Under the pieces are notes generated by a model. That model did no database searches. It was not told where the DNA came from and saw nothing but the letters and a program-made list of their open reading frames with translations. Positions 13,097-26,400 of a DNA stretch of 64,000 nt are shown piece by piece. The stretch's first letter is position 1; every line of letters starts with the position of its first letter. The position numbers and the translations under genes were made by a program. The stretch is from Peribolospora baueri (lineage: Eukaryota), in NCBI GenBank assembly GCA_029717555.1, contig JAMDHS010000001.1, positions 496,001 to 560,000 of the forward strand. The letters run 5' to 3'.

Positions 13097-15160
13097 TCAA
13101 GACGCATCCGCATAGAGCACCAACTTGGATCCGCCAAGCACCCAGGACCTTAGCTGCGCGTCCGACGTGACCCTCACCATGCCCTGGTTGCCGCCCCCGC
13201 CCGCACTCCCCGAGTCGTCGCGGTACCGGAGCGCCTCGACGTCGTCGCCCAAGCGGTCTTTTATTTTGGCCAAGAGGGCGGCGTAAGTGACGTTGGGTGG
13301 GACGCGGATCGCGATCAGGTCATCGTTCTTCCGGTGGAAGATCTTGATCTTGATGAACGGCGGGAGGCCGCCCGCTCCTCCCCCTGCTCCCACGGCGGCG
13401 CCGGCGCCGTTCGCAGCCAAGCCGCCGCCTCCACCTCCACCACCGCCGCCACTGGAACTCCGATAGTCCTGCCCAACGCCGCCCGATGACCGTCGTCCCG
13501 AAGAAGAGCGCGCTCCACTGGTGTAGTGCCCGTTCACGCTCCCGTTCGGCTCCCCCGCCCCGTACTCGTCCTCCTCCGCTCCGCTCCTGTACCCTCCTCC
13601 TCCCGTTCCGGAGGAGGACGGACCGACGGGGGCTTCCTCGGAGTACTTGCTCGTGCCGTTGGCGTCCAGCACCTGCATCTGCTGTTGTTGTTGTTGCTGT
13701 TGCAGCTGCTGCTGCCGCCGTTGTTGTTGTTCTGCCACCTCGGCCTCGACGGCTTCGATGCGAGCCTGAGAGGCATCGCCGGGCGGATGAACGGTACAGT
13801 GATCTCCAGGACGGGGCTCGAAGAAGAGACGGAGGAGTTCGGATCGAAGGATGTAGTCCGGAAGGGCGACGAGGTCCTGTATGTATGTATCCAGGTCGGC
13901 TCTTCGCTCGGCGGTGATGAGATCGTCGACGTGGTCCACGGGCCCGGGCATCAGTGGCAAAATCCTCTCCGGCTCCTCTCCTTCCTGCATCGGCTCCCTT
14001 CCAGCCTCGGCGGGGAAGGCGTCGAGAAGGGCGATCTGGAACTCGTAAAAGTCCTCGTATAGCCTGTAGAGGACGAGGTCGCGGGTCGTTCCCTCGTCTG
14101 GGGGCGGCTCGGAGGAGACGTGGAAGGCCTGGATGCGGAACCAGTAGTCTCCTTGTTCGAAGTGGAACGAGTCGACGGTGGCTCGTTTGACGACACCAAC
14201 GGGTAAAGGTTCGGCAGGCGGAATGCCCGGTGGGAGGTCGGCGGCTCCCACGTTGCCGTTCGTCGGCGGCGGCATGTCGTCCGGCGCCCCTCCGTACGAT
14301 CCGGGTGGTGGCTGCAGTGATAGATGTTGTTGTTGTTGCTGTTCCAGTTGCTGCTGCTGGAAGGGCGAGTTGGCGACGCCAGGACTGGGCTGGCCTTCCG
14401 GCATGCCAAACTCGAACCGGCCGAGGGGAATGGTGTTCTTCTTGTAATCGGCCGTCATCTTCTTCCATTCCTCCACCTTGGGAATCGCCTCGCTCCGGAT
14501 CAGCTCCTCCACGTTGTCCACCGGTCTGCCCGTCGACAAGTCCTGTATCTCGACGAACGACACGGGGATCAAGCCGGGCCCGCCGAGGCGGCCGATGGGC
14601 TTTGCGACGAACCACTCAAAGTTGGACTGGGCGATGACGATGATCGGCTCGCCCGCGCGAGCGTCCAGCTCGTCGGCGCGCTCCGCGTTAAAGTCGTACT
14701 GGACGACGGCATACAGTCCGCCTCCCGGCCTGCCCGGAGCCGGCGTGCCTGTAAGACTGGGTGACCGGAGTGGAGGGGCGGCAACGGCGCCGACCGGGAC
14801 GGGCGGGGCGCCGAAAGAGCCGAGGGGAAGCGGGCTGGGGAGACCGGTACCCTTGACGTTCCTGCCCAGCTCCTCGAAGTGGGCCGCGGGGACGAGGCCC
14901 CTGGCGCCGGTGACGGGGTTGCATGCCTCATACCAGGTGGGATCGGTGCCGGGACGCGGATCGGAGTTGACGTAGAAAAAGTCGCCCTTGACGAAGGAGA
15001 GCTCGTGGGGTGCACGAGCACGGTAGTCCTGGAGGGCGCGGATGACCTTTTTGGGCGGGGCGATGGCCGAGCCGGGCTTGGCCAGCGCCGCGGGCGGCCG
15101 GCTCGACGGGGCGGAGATGCGGTCCTTGTTGAGGGACCTGCGGAAGTCCTTGAGACCCAT
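13097..15160 (-). CDS. BEM1: Polarity scaffold Bem1/Scd2 (SH3-SH3-PX-PB1), single exon
   Basis: 687-aa ORF with SH3-1 (VIRALQDY...ELSFVKGDFF...GLVP), SH3-2 (YDFNAERADEL...WFVAKPIGRLGGPGLIPVSFV), PX (LYRLYEDFYEFQIALL) and PB1 (IKIKIF...IAIRVP...LRYRD). Confidence 0.95.
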   Translation of the reverse strand: MGLKDFRRSLNKDRISAPSSRPPAALAKPGSAIAPPKKVIRALQDYRARAPHELSFVKGDFFYVNSDPRPGTDPTWYEACNPVTGARGLVPAAHFEELGRNVKGTGLPSPLPLGSFGAPPVPVGAVAAPPLRSPSLTGTPAPGRPGGGLYAVVQYDFNAERADELDARAGEPIIVIAQSNFEWFVAKPIGRLGGPGLIPVSFVEIQDLSTGRPVDNVEELIRSEAIPKVEEWKKMTADYKKNTIPLGRFEFGMPEGQPSPGVANSPFQQQQLEQQQQQHLSLQPPPGSYGGAPDDMPPPTNGNVGAADLPPGIPPAEPLPVGVVKRATVDSFHFEQGDYWFRIQAFHVSSEPPPDEGTTRDLVLYRLYEDFYEFQIALLDAFPAEAGREPMQEGEEPERILPLMPGPVDHVDDLITAERRADLDTYIQDLVALPDYILRSELLRLFFEPRPGDHCTVHPPGDASQARIEAVEAEVAEQQQRRQQQLQQQQQQQQMQVLDANGTSKYSEEAPVGPSSSGTGGGGYRSGAEEDEYGAGEPNGSVNGHYTSGARSSSGRRSSGGVGQDYRSSSGGGGGGGGGGLAANGAGAAVGAGGGAGGLPPFIKIKIFHRKNDDLIAIRVPPNVTYAALLAKIKDRLGDDVEALRYRDDSGSAGGGGNQGMVRVTSDAQLRSWVLGGSKLVLYADAS

Positions 15161-15945
15161 GACGAGGGCGAAGGCGACGACGAGGGCGGCGGAGGTGTGT
15201 GCGCAGGAAACGAGGATCTACACGGACTGGGGTGGGGGGGACAAGTAGGTGGTGGGTGGAGGCGAGCGGTCGCGACCGGGACGACGTCGCGAGCGTTTTC
15301 GACGGAGGCAGGCTGGGCGGGTGAGATGGAGGGGGATGGGAGGATGAAGAGCAAGCGGGTGATGGAGACGGGGTTGATGATGAGGGCTAGGGATGGAGGA
15401 TGGCGACGACGACCGGCGACGGCGACGGGCGGCGGACAAGCGGAGGCGGCGATCCCAATTGGGCTCGAGCGGGCCAAGGCCGGCCGGAGTATGTATAAGG
15501 AGAGTAAGTACTCTATGCGTACTCGCCGTACTCGACCGGTCCGACGGTGCGAGGCGGCGACAAGCGGCGTCGAAGCGCGTGAACGTGAACGTGATTGCAG
15601 ATCGAGACCGCGTCGCAGGCGGGACAAAAAAGAGAAGAGCAGAACGTCTTCTGATCGACGCACGGGCCCATCGTGAGGGAAGGACATGGCGAGGCACACA
15701 CAGAGAGAAAGAGAGAAGGACAGCGAAGCTAAGCGAGGAGGAGTAGAGCAAAGCGACAGAAGCAGAACAACGAAACGCGCAGTCCTTCCTCCGTCCACGC
15801 CGTCGTCGAGAACGCCCTTGTAAACGTACAGCGCCGCACGGAAACGACTCGGTCGAGACACCGCGACCTGAACGACGCTGAAACGAGGAGAGAGAGAGGG
15901 GTCGAGTGGAGCAAACAACGCCCGACACGGGTGGGCACTCGCCCT

Positions 15946-18900
15946 TCAGTGTCCGGCACTGTTCGCATGCCCGTTCGCATGTCCATTCGCACGCCCGTTC
16001 GCATGCTCGTTCGGATGCCCGTTCGCCGCGGCGGCGCCGTCGGAGAGGAAGCCCTTCCTCCTCCAGTAGGCCACCCACTTGCGTGCCTCCTCCGCCGCCA
16101 GCGGCTCCAAGCTGCGCACCGTCGCCGACGCCGCTTGCGTCTTGCTCGTCTCCATTTCGTTCAGCCGCACCGCGCTCTTCTTCGTCCTGTTTTTGTCCTT
16201 GCCCTTGCCCACCTCATCCTCCGCCGCGGGCAGCGCAGCGCGGTAAAAGTCGAGGATGCGCGTCGCCGGCGTCCTCCCTACCTCCTCCTTCTTCCCCTCC
16301 GCCTCCCGCTCCAGCAGCGCAAACCACTGCGCATACGGCACCAACGGCACGCCCACCGTCTCCGCCACGGGCCCGAACACGGCGGACCATTTCGTGGGAC
16401 GCGGGTGGACGAGATGGAACGTGTGCTGCCGCTCGTCCTCCTCCAATGCCTTGGTCGCCGAGCAAACGTCGAGCATGACCGACGCCGCTTTGTTGATGGG
16501 CAGCCATGTGATGTCCTGAATCGGGTTTGGGTCGCGGACGAACGAACGAACACACAAGCGAACAAAAGAGAAGAGTCAGTCTACTCTTCGTCACAGACCC
16601 CGCGGGGCGAGGCGAGGCCACGGACGACGACGAGCGTCAACAGTTCATCTGACCCCAGCCCCCGCTCACCTCGCTCCCTCCAGGCAAGCACCCAAGCGCC
16701 TCAGCCGACTGGACGATCATTGGCACCCAGTCCGTCACCGACCAAGCTCCCGTGACCGACGAACCCGTGAGCTGGCCAATGCGCACGCTCGCCGTCTTGA
16801 GCGCCGTCGAGGCGGACGCCGCTTCGAGCACGCGCTCGGCGACGAACTTGCTCTCCCTGCGGAGGAGGAAGACGAGGGGTGGACAAAAAAAGGGAGAACG
16901 TCCGTCGATCAGAAGCGCACTCGACGACGGCACGGACGGACGATGGCCTGGTGCGAGTGTCGGCCGCGGTCTCTGTCTGTCTCTGACGCTCACCCATACC
17001 CCATGCCGACGGCAACGGCGGCATCGCGGATCGGCTCCTCCGGCGCCGGCCGATCCTCGTCCCAGCTCGACAGCGTGGCGATGGACGAGGCAAAGACGAA
17101 ACGAGGTGGGACGGTCGCGGGCGAGGACAGGGCGAGATCGATGAGGTGACGCACGCCGAGCAGGTTGGGCCGATAGGACGACAGGGAGAGGTTGAAGTCG
17201 AGCCGCCAGGCGTTGTGAATGATGAGCGTCGTCGAACGCGAGACCTGACCCGTCGTCACGCCGTCCTCCGGTCAGCCTACACACGCTTCTGAACAGAGCC
17301 ATCGCCGTCCCCTCGACCGTCCTCGATCGCTCACCTCGGCGTACAAATCGTCGTCCAGCCCGAGCTTCGGCAGCTCCGTCCTGGCCTCCACGAGCGACAC
17401 CTTGTCCCCATCCAGCAGAGCCGCGTCGAGGCCCCTTTCCTCAAACGCCGACGCTTGCCTCTCGCCCAAGCTCCGACCGTGCCCTCCTCGTCGGTTAAGG
17501 GCGTACACCTTGCGCACCGACGGAGAGAGCGCGAGCTGCTCGAGCAGGTGTGAACCGAGGCCTCCCGTGGATCCAGTAAGGACGACCACCTCTCCCTCCC
17601 CTCTTCCGTCGTCACTTTCGCCGTTCGCGCTGACCGTCGCACCAACTCCGGCGCGGTGCGCGGGGAAATCCTTCGTGAGCTCCTCGACCACCTCTTCCAT
17701 CGCCTTCACCCTCGCTGCCGCTTCTTCCGCCGCCGCTCCTCCCGCCACCGTCGTCGTCGTCTTGGAGCTGACGAGGTCCAAGACGGCCGACGAGAGCGAG
17801 GCGATCGTCGGGTTGCGATACACAAAGCTCTGCGTCACGTCTGAAGCAGAAATTTTGCGCGATCGGAGGGCGTTGATGATCATGTTGCGGATGACAGTGG
17901 CTTGGAGGCTGGAAGAAACGAGGGAAGCACGTATCCATCCATCAGTGAAAAAGGGCGTCAACACGCCAGAGATATCTCATCTCTCCTCCTTGCCTAGAGG
18001 AGACGGATGGGCGAGGGCGATCGGCGCGCAGGCGCTCACCTGTCACACCCGGACAAGAACAGGTCGTCGTCCTCGCCGAGGCGGAGCGCGTCCCCGGAAC
18101 GGCCCTTCATCACCCTCCTCACGACCGCCTCGATAAAGCCGCGCGTCCCCTCCTTCGTCCACCGCTCCGGAGGTTCCTCTCTCAGCACGGATGACTCGGC
18201 GACCGCCGCGTACGCCGCCTCGATCTCCGGCGCGTAATCGATGATGGCGAGCTGGCGCTTGACGGTGCGCTTGGGCGTGTATTGGAACGGCCTGGACGGG
18301 TCGGTGACGACGATCATCTACAGAAGGACAGAAAGAGAGAGAAAAGGCAGTTTAAAAAAAGACGGGTCATAAGGGGGGAAGCTCGAACGCGATCCATGCT
18401 GTCGCTCTTCCTTGCCACGCACCTCCTTAAAGATCCTGCTGTGTGTGGGGGCGATCGCATTGGCTTTTTCCACGTCCGGCCTGATTGGAGGGTCAAGACA
18501 GAAGGAGGAGCGAGCGTTAGAGCGTCAAGAGCGAACGGAGGGGGGTTGGGGGGAACGAAGCAAAGGCGGACGGGAAACGGACCAGATGGCGTTCCTGAAC
18601 GCGGCCAAAGCGTCCTCGTCGGAAGGATCGATGTGGTAGCCCTGCTTGGGCTCGATGAGCACGCCATTGTTGAGCCTCCCACGGCCGAACATGCACGCTT
18701 GCGCTACGAGTGGGTTGTCAAGGATGAGGTGCTCTGACCACGACGTCACGGCGGTGGGGCGGAATCGGCGGAGAGAGACGGAGGCAAAGGACGTCACGTC
18801 ACGTCACGTCAGTCGTTCAGCGCTTCTAGTAGCACCTACTGAGATACAAACGGTAGCGTCCACTTACCCATGACCTGCGGCGAGGTCTTCTCTCCCGTGG

Positions 18901-21215
18901 AGAGCGTGATCTGGTCATCGGCGCGGCCTACGACCTTCCACAGCCCGTCGCGCGTCGGGTGTGGGACGCAGAGGTCGCTCGTCGCGTAGGAGCGACCTTC
19001 ATCCGCGTTGAGAACGGCAGGGAGGAAAGTGTCGGCCGCCTGGTGGCATAAGGAGGGATCAGCGCGGGGGGAAGAGCGATGCGGGAGTGGAGGAAAAAAT
19101 GAAAAAGGGAGCCGAGGGGGACGGGTACGACTACGCACCAGAATGCGCAACTCGAAGCTCTCGCTACCATCTTCCTGTGACACCCAACGATGAGATACGT
19201 GTGAAGAAATTCTTCGGGACCAAGTGGGTGGTGGGGGAGGGGTGGAGAGAATTAGCCGCTTATGAGCGCGGCAGAAAGCAAAAAAGCGCGCACGGCGAAA
19301 AAAAAAAAATATAGACGAAAGAGATGCAGAAAAAAAAAAGGAAGGAAGGAAGGAAGGAAGGCAGAGAGACGAACCTAAAGTACTCCCAGTCCATCCCCAT
19401 CGGCTCCCTGGGGGGGAACTCGACGATATTGCCGACCTCGGTGCTTCCGTAGACTTGGAAAATGTTGACGTCGCCCTGGGCCAGGCGGTCTCCGGCCACC
19501 TTGGACAACGGAGCGCCGCCGAACGTCTGTTCTCACCGGTGAAAAGAGGAGGAGGGCAGAGGGCGTTGAGCGCGGACGAGGGTGGGGAAGGGAAGACGAC
19601 GACGAGTGGCAGAGATAACGTACCACGTTGTCCAACTTGGCGAGCACCTCGATGGCCGCAGGGTCCCTGCTCCATTCCTGACCGTACCCGAACGCGAGCC
19701 GGAAATAGCGCTGAGCCGCTCTCCATCCCCATCCCTTGGCGGCCGACGTCTTCTGCCGATTCGCCCACTCACCTCCAAGAAGGCCGGAACGGAGGCGGCC
19801 ATGTTGCACTTAAGCTTGACGTAGCTGTCCAGCGTCCTCTCAGCCGTAGGTATTACGGGAGGATCGGTAGGGGGGAAGAGGCCGGTGGTGATGCCGGAGG
19901 TGATGTTCATGATGAAGCAGAAGACCGTGCCCTGTGTGGAGGAGGCGCGATCGCGCGTCGTGAAGATACGATGGGGGTTCGTCAATGGCCATGTTCGTCG
20001 AACGGAACGGGGCGGATGGCAGCGCGCCGGAAACCTCACCATGGCGTGGAAACCGGGCAAGCTGGAGGTCGGTGAGGGGACGCGAGCGGGAAGGAGGGCA
20101 ACGGCGGTGAGCGTGGGGATCGGGAGCAGCGGCGACAGTGACGAACGGCAGAAAGAGTTTGGAAGTCCGGGGTACGCACGGCATAGCGCCGAAAACGGAC
20201 GAGCAAAGGTCCCTGCTACCATAAACTTGCGTGGATGGGGCGGGGCGGGGCGAGAGACGGCGAGCCGGGGGGGGGGGGGGCAGACGTACCCGACGATCAG
20301 TGACTGTGGACGGACGAGGGAGAGCGGTCGCCACAGCCACAGCGGACGGAGAGACTCACAAGGGAAGCGGGTCCACTGCAAGATGTTTCGCTGGGTGAGG
20401 ACGATGGGCTTGGGGAAGCCGGTCGTGCCTGCAGAGCGGACGAAGAGGGAAGGGGACACGGGTCAAGAAGGCCGACGGTGAGAACTCGCGACGGGCAGGG
20501 ATGCGCAGAGGTAGGAGGGAGGGCACGCACCAGAAGAATGGAGGATGAGAAGCGGAGCGTCCGGACCGGAGGGCTGGTCGATGGCCGGGAGAGGCTCGAA
20601 GGGCTGCGGATGTTCGACTCGCTTGCCGTCAAAGGGGATGTGGGGGTAGACGTCGTGGAAGGCGGGCATGTCGATCTGGACGACGTCGTGGCCGGCCTCG
20701 CGGGCGAGCTTTCCGACCTCGGCGGCCAGGCTGGCGACAGCAGGGACGGTGTTGGAGACGTAGAGGTACTTCGCGCCCGTCTTGCGGAGGAGCTCGACGA
20801 CGGCAGGGGCAGAGTTGCGCGGGGAGATGGGGAAGGAGGTTTGGCCTGCGCGGAAGGTGCCCTGAATGACGGCCTGGTAGACCTGCGTGTTCGAATTGGC
20901 GAGGATGGCGACGGTGCGTCTGCTGCTGGTGCTGGAGGTCTCACCCTCCTCTCGTTCGAAACGAGAGAGGAGGGAGCGCGCGACCCTGTGGGCGGCCTGT
21001 GCGACGTCGCTCCAGGTGAGGACGCGCACGCCGTCGCCGGTGGGGCTGGTGTCGTCTTCGTAGGCGTAGCACGGGTGTTGGGCGCTGTGGACGAGGTGGT
21101 GGTCGAACATCTCCTCTACGGTCGCGGAAAACAGGGGGACGGTGAAGGTGGTGGAGTGTACGGCCTGGGGGGTGGTCATGCCGAACGGCAGGCCGGAAGA
21201 AGAGGAGGACGACAT
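15946..21215 (-). CDS. NRPS-like adenylate-forming reductase (A-T-R, carboxylic acid reductase type), many introns
   Basis: A domain: ILHSSGTTGFPKPI, YGSTEVG, YATSDL, VVGRADDQITLSTGEKT, YTPKRTVKR. T domain: DLFLSGCD|SLQAT with the PPant serine split by an intron. R domain: LTGSTGGLG, IIHNAWRLDFN, GYG|ESK. Confidence 0.92.
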
Positions 21216-21398
21216 GGTGAAGGTGACCGTAAAGCGGGTAGACGTGGTGAAAAGAGAATAAAAAGTGCTGCGTGGGACAAGGACGGCGGCGGGCGCGTGT
21301 GTCTGTGTCTGTGTGTCTGTCTAAAGAGGCAGCTGCCTGTCTCGTCTAATAATCGCTCGAGCGACGTTGATGGTTCGACTGGCGGCGTCGCGCACATC

Positions 21399-21407
21399 TA
21401 TATATAA
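21399..21407 (-). promoter_or_regulatory. TATA box of the NRPS-like gene
   Basis: TTATATATA on the minus strand ~185 bp upstream of the ATG at 21215, in otherwise GC-rich DNA. Confidence 0.55.
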
Positions 21408-23406
21408 GCACGGACGGACGGACGGGCCACCGGGCGGTGGTGGCCTCGATTGTGAACACGGCGCCGGGAACCGGCGTCCGGCAAGAAGAAGAGGCGGTCC
21501 GGTTGGCAGTGCAACGTACACTTGTGTACGTGTGAGCAGAGGAGCTGAGTCGTTGGCCCATGGCGCTAACTAAGGGACGGTTTACGGTCCCCATCGGATA
21601 TGAAGAACCTACCTTGGTCATGGCGAGATGGTCTGGGCTGGAAATGGGGACCAGAAGCGAGCCGGCGCCGCGCTGGACGAGGCCGTTGGCTGTCCGTCAC
21701 GGAAGGTGGAAGCAAGGACGTAACGACGGACGGACTGACTACACGTCGTGCACAGCAAGGATTGCACAATCTCTACGCTACTCACGAGCGTTCACCCACG
21801 TTCACGACGAGCGCGGATGCACACTGCAGAGCGTAGGTTCTGTCCGTCCGCCGTCCATATCTCTTCTCATCTCTCCATTCGTCCCTCTTTCTCTCTCCGC
21901 CTCTCCATCCTCCCTCCACCCATCGGTCCACCCCCTGCAGTTGGCGCGCGGTGGGGTGCGACAGCGGGGCTGAACGGCGAGCTGTAGTGAGACGGGCAGC
22001 TGAATCGGCGGCAGACGTCGGACGATGCGGTGTGGTAGTAAGGATTCGCCTCGCCCTCGCTCTCGCCGTCGCCCTCGTACTCCGCCGGTGCTGCGGCGAC
22101 GGGCGCCGGCGGCTAAATCGATCAAGGAACGAGCCGCGGCGATATCCCCGATTCATTTATCCAGGTCGCTCCACCGGTGCCGGCTCGCTCGGCGGACGCC
22201 ACGACGCGACCAGCGCTGTGCGCAGCGTCCTACTGCAGTAGGTTGTTCGGACGGCCCAACGGAAATGAGCCAAAGAAAGCACCGCCGCCTCCGAGCTTGG
22301 CCGTGTGCGGGCGCTCGTTCGCTCTACGCACGGAACAGGAACGGACGGAGGGCGGAGGCAGCGTGGCCGTGTCCTGTGCGGAAAAAAAATTCTACGATAG
22401 CATACGTATGTATATGTGTATATATGTATATTTGTCACGCGGGTAGTATACAGGACAACGACGTGCGTAACGCCGTCCTTCGAATTCGAGCCAACCACGA
22501 CGCCCGCCGTCGTCGGTCTCTTCTTCTAGCCGCGGCACCGCTCGCCTGGCAGAGCACCGTGCATGGGGAGGCAGGCAGGCGCACCGCACACCTACACCTA
22601 CACTTACGCCTCGTCCTCCAGCTCGCCCACGGATAAACGGGAAGAAGGAAAAAAAAAAAAAAAAAAAAGGGCGTTGCACACGGTTGCACCCGTCTAGCGC
22701 CCCTCTCGGCTTTTTCTCCCTGCCGCGCGGGTCCTTCCGTGCATGTGACAGAGCATTTGCTTAGACACAGCGGGGCACGCCCAAAGTTCGCCGCCGCCGC
22801 CAACTCGGGTGACTACGGTGGATAGGTCGCGTTAGGGGCGGGACATGAGCGAGGGAGGATACGATACGGCGTGCAGCCACCCATACATGCCCAGGTTGCC
22901 AGCCTACTTCTGGTGCGCAACCCCTCTCGCGCCATCCTCTCTGTCGCCCCCCATCAGCGAACCGTCTCGCTTCTCGCTCGCTTACGCCTAGTCAACTGGA
23001 CACTACGCCGACGCGCCTTCCTCCGAGCCGGACGCACACGCTCTTCGTCGGATGGGCGAGGAGAAGGGAAGGACTGACATTTATTCTGTGAGAGAGAAAA
23101 AGAGAGAGAGGGGGACACATACAAAGGAACCAACAGAACCAAGGGATCCGACCAAATGAAGCCACGTCCACGTCCACGTCCAGGCGACGGCGCCGATGGT
23201 CCACAACGAAAAGAAAAAAAGGATGCCGATAAGAAACGACGCCGAGCACACAATCTCTCCCTCTCCTACAATGCTTCGCGCCTTCGTCGGGGAGTGGGAG
23301 GCGTTTGTGTTTCGCTCCGCGTCTTTTTGTTCCGATTCGCCTTGTCCCGGCAGGCGCGACGCGACGTCTCGTTCAGACGAGATGCCATACCATGCCCATG
23401 CCCGCG

Positions 23407-26400
23407 CTAAGCGTCCTGGTGGAAGGCCACGCCGGCCCTCGAAGAGGAGCGAAGCGCCTGCCCACCGAACTCGTTCCCGTCTCCTACGTCGTTCGCCGAG
23501 CCAAGCGCGTAGGGGTGCACGTCCGAGAACGACCGGTCCACCCTCGACACCACGGGCGCCGGGTACGCAGGGTTTTCCGGATGGGCTCGCGAGCCGGAGG
23601 ACGTCGAGGACGGGGGTACACCCGAGACGGCGAGCGCCGCCGACGAGTCGACGTCCTTGCCAGACGCGTACGCGTCCTCCGAGTGAATCGAGTTGGCTAT
23701 CTCCACGTCCTCGTGCCGCGTCCAGCCTTGGCTGTTGCTCTGAGTGCCGCTCCTGCTCTCGTTTTAATCGCGTCGGTCGGGTCAGCACGAACGACGATGC
23801 ATGCGAGAAAGACGGCGCGCGAGACGAGACGAGACCCACCGTTGAACGAGCTTGCTCATCGTGATCTTGACGCCGCTCGGACCCTCCCTCGACGACGAGA
23901 TTGGCCCGCCCGTGCCGTTGTGAGAAAGCGGTCCGACGACCGATTGACCTGCGACGCGACGCGACGCAACGGCAGACGGCAGAGACAACAACAAAAAGAA
24001 AGCAAATACATGAGCTGGAGAGCACACGAGGACCGCACCCACCTCGTCTTTTGCTCACTTACCCTCAGTCCAGCCCTACCGGAAGGGTACACGATGGAGG
24101 GTTTGGGGTCGCACCGAAGAAAGTAAGAAGAAGTAGAACCGAACCCGCGTTGTCAGCTTTCGACTACTCGGTCCGAGATGACAAGCGATGAAACGCCGGC
24201 GAACCTTCCAGAAATGACCGCCCATGCCGAGCATTGCCGCTTGCGCCGCCACCTTTCCGCTGGAAAGGTCCCTGCCAAAAGAAAAGGAAGGAAGCGGGGA
24301 GGATGGTGGGATCATTTCAGCCGTCAGCCCGGGTCCCTCCTCCTTCTGGTAGACGAGGATGAAATGGACGGACCTGAAAGCGCGGCAGGCCACTTTATGG
24401 GAGGCAAAAAAGACAAGTCGACAAACGAGTGAAGTGAGCATTCCCATCTGTTCCTTCGATCGGACGGAACATCGCCCAACGGCTCCGTCCCACACTCACT
24501 GATCGAGCTGCACAGGGCGGATCCGTGGAGGCAATGACGAAACAGAACCGCGCGACGTCAGCGCTCCTTCCAATCCCTATCCACTCTTCGTCCCTCTCGA
24601 TGCGACCGGCATTGCCCACCGCCCGCGCGGAAAACCAAAAACTCACGCGAATGTCAGGGCGAAGATCGAGTTGACGACGTGCATCACCGCGTTCACGGGC
24701 GATAGGATCTGGTGAGGGCCGGGCCGGGCCGGGTCCAGCCACGAACACGGGTGCAAGGAACGAGGAGGTAGGGCGGCACGGTTTGAGCTCTCCTAGTTTA
24801 GAAATGCGAGATTCAGGGTGACGTAGGGGACGGACTCACGAAGACAAGCGAGATGGAGTTGGCCACGACGTTGATCTGTACACCGATGCGGTGATGGGAG
24901 GTGTGGAGGAAAAGACGGAGTCACAGATGAGACGAACTCATCTCCACCGGCCGGACGACCGACTCTCACCAGGAAATAGTAAAGACCCTGCTTGAAGAGG
25001 ATCGTCGCCACCCCCGCACGCCCTCCGTTCCCGTTTTGAACTTTGAAGAGCTGCAGGATCGCCAAGCCGAGGACGGGGAAAGCATGAAAGCGGGAAGGGT
25101 CAGGTCCTGTGAGCGGCCGTGGCGTGTTCTAAAGGCGGCGCACCTGGTAGGCGGTCAAGCCGAGGGTGGTGACATCGAGGACTGCGAGGGAACGGAAGGA
25201 GGGTCAAAATGTCGGCTATCTCCCAAGATTACAAAGAGAAAAGCCCTAGACGGGAACGCTTCTCACCTTCCGTGAGGATGCTTTGAACAACGGCGGCACG
25301 GATCGAGCGGGCGACAACTCTCAGCAGACCGTCATTTCGCACCAAACTTAGGAGAGCGTCCGGAGCGGTTGATGAACTCACTATGGGGCTGAGAAAAACG
25401 AGTAGACCTGTCCGAGGAAGGCGATCGATGGATGGATGGATGGATGTCACTCGGCCCGCCTTCCACGCATTTGGCCATTGTCACTGTGCCATAAGGGTTA
25501 GGGAACACTCACCTTGGTCGGAACGCATCCCTGAAGCAGCAAGTCAAACGGCGAAAGCCGTGGGTCAAGGTCCATGGACGAAGAAGAGGGCGCGACGTCT
25601 TCCGCTTCCCCCGTTCCAGTGCGCGTAGACTCACCACTCCGATGCCTTCCCAGACGTTGACGATAGAGATCTCGTTGTAGCTCCACGCGACGACGACGCC
25701 AACCCAGAGAAGAGCGAGGACGATGATGACCCACATGCGACGGCCCCAAACGGCGACCTACGAGCCACGTTCCAGTCAAAGGAGGACGGCGGGGTAAGCT
25801 GCTGGTACAGCGCAAGCAGGAAGAGGGAACGCAATGTACTCACAGTTCGCAGGACGAAGATGGACGCGCTGAAGTAGACGGACGAACCGGCTGTCGAAAG
25901 AAGAGGAACGACTTAACCCCAAGTTCCAACACGACACGACGCCACACCCCAACGCGGCTGGCCGGCCGGCCGTTGGTGGCCCGGACGCTCACCGAAGAAG
26001 ATAGTGGTGAACATCAACACGGAGCAGTTCAACTGATACTCGTTCACCGTGTTCGTGATTATGCTAGGGTCGTCCAGGAACGTCGAAAAACAGGCAAAGC
26101 CAAGAGTTCAGCTTGGCAAGGAAAGCAGAAAGCGGGTTCGGACGAGGGACTGAGGCTCCGGTTACGCACGCGGTGGCGATGGAGCCGAGGGTGCAGTAGC
26201 GGCTGAGGAAGTAGAGCGCCATGGGCCACCGCCACTTGAGCCGTCCGCTAAAGATCGCGAAGTCGTACCAGAACTGTGGCAGGCAGGAAATGAAGGAAGA
26301 TAGGACGTTCGGCCATGACCTGTGGTGCAAAATGAGCCTGGCGGCGACCCCCGCTTGCGACCTCACCGTGAGTATGAATTCCCAAGCGCTGCAGAGAGGG

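Noticed and set aside
14569..16755. Long overlapping or antisense ORFs (e.g. 449 aa at 14569-15918, 274 aa at 15931-16755)
   Set aside because: Arg/Pro/Ser-rich shadow ORFs expected from high GC and codon bias, with no recognisable domains.
25494..25503. AGGGTTAGGG telomere-like motif
   Set aside because: Short, inside an intron of the DUF6533 gene, with no flanking boundary helix noticed.
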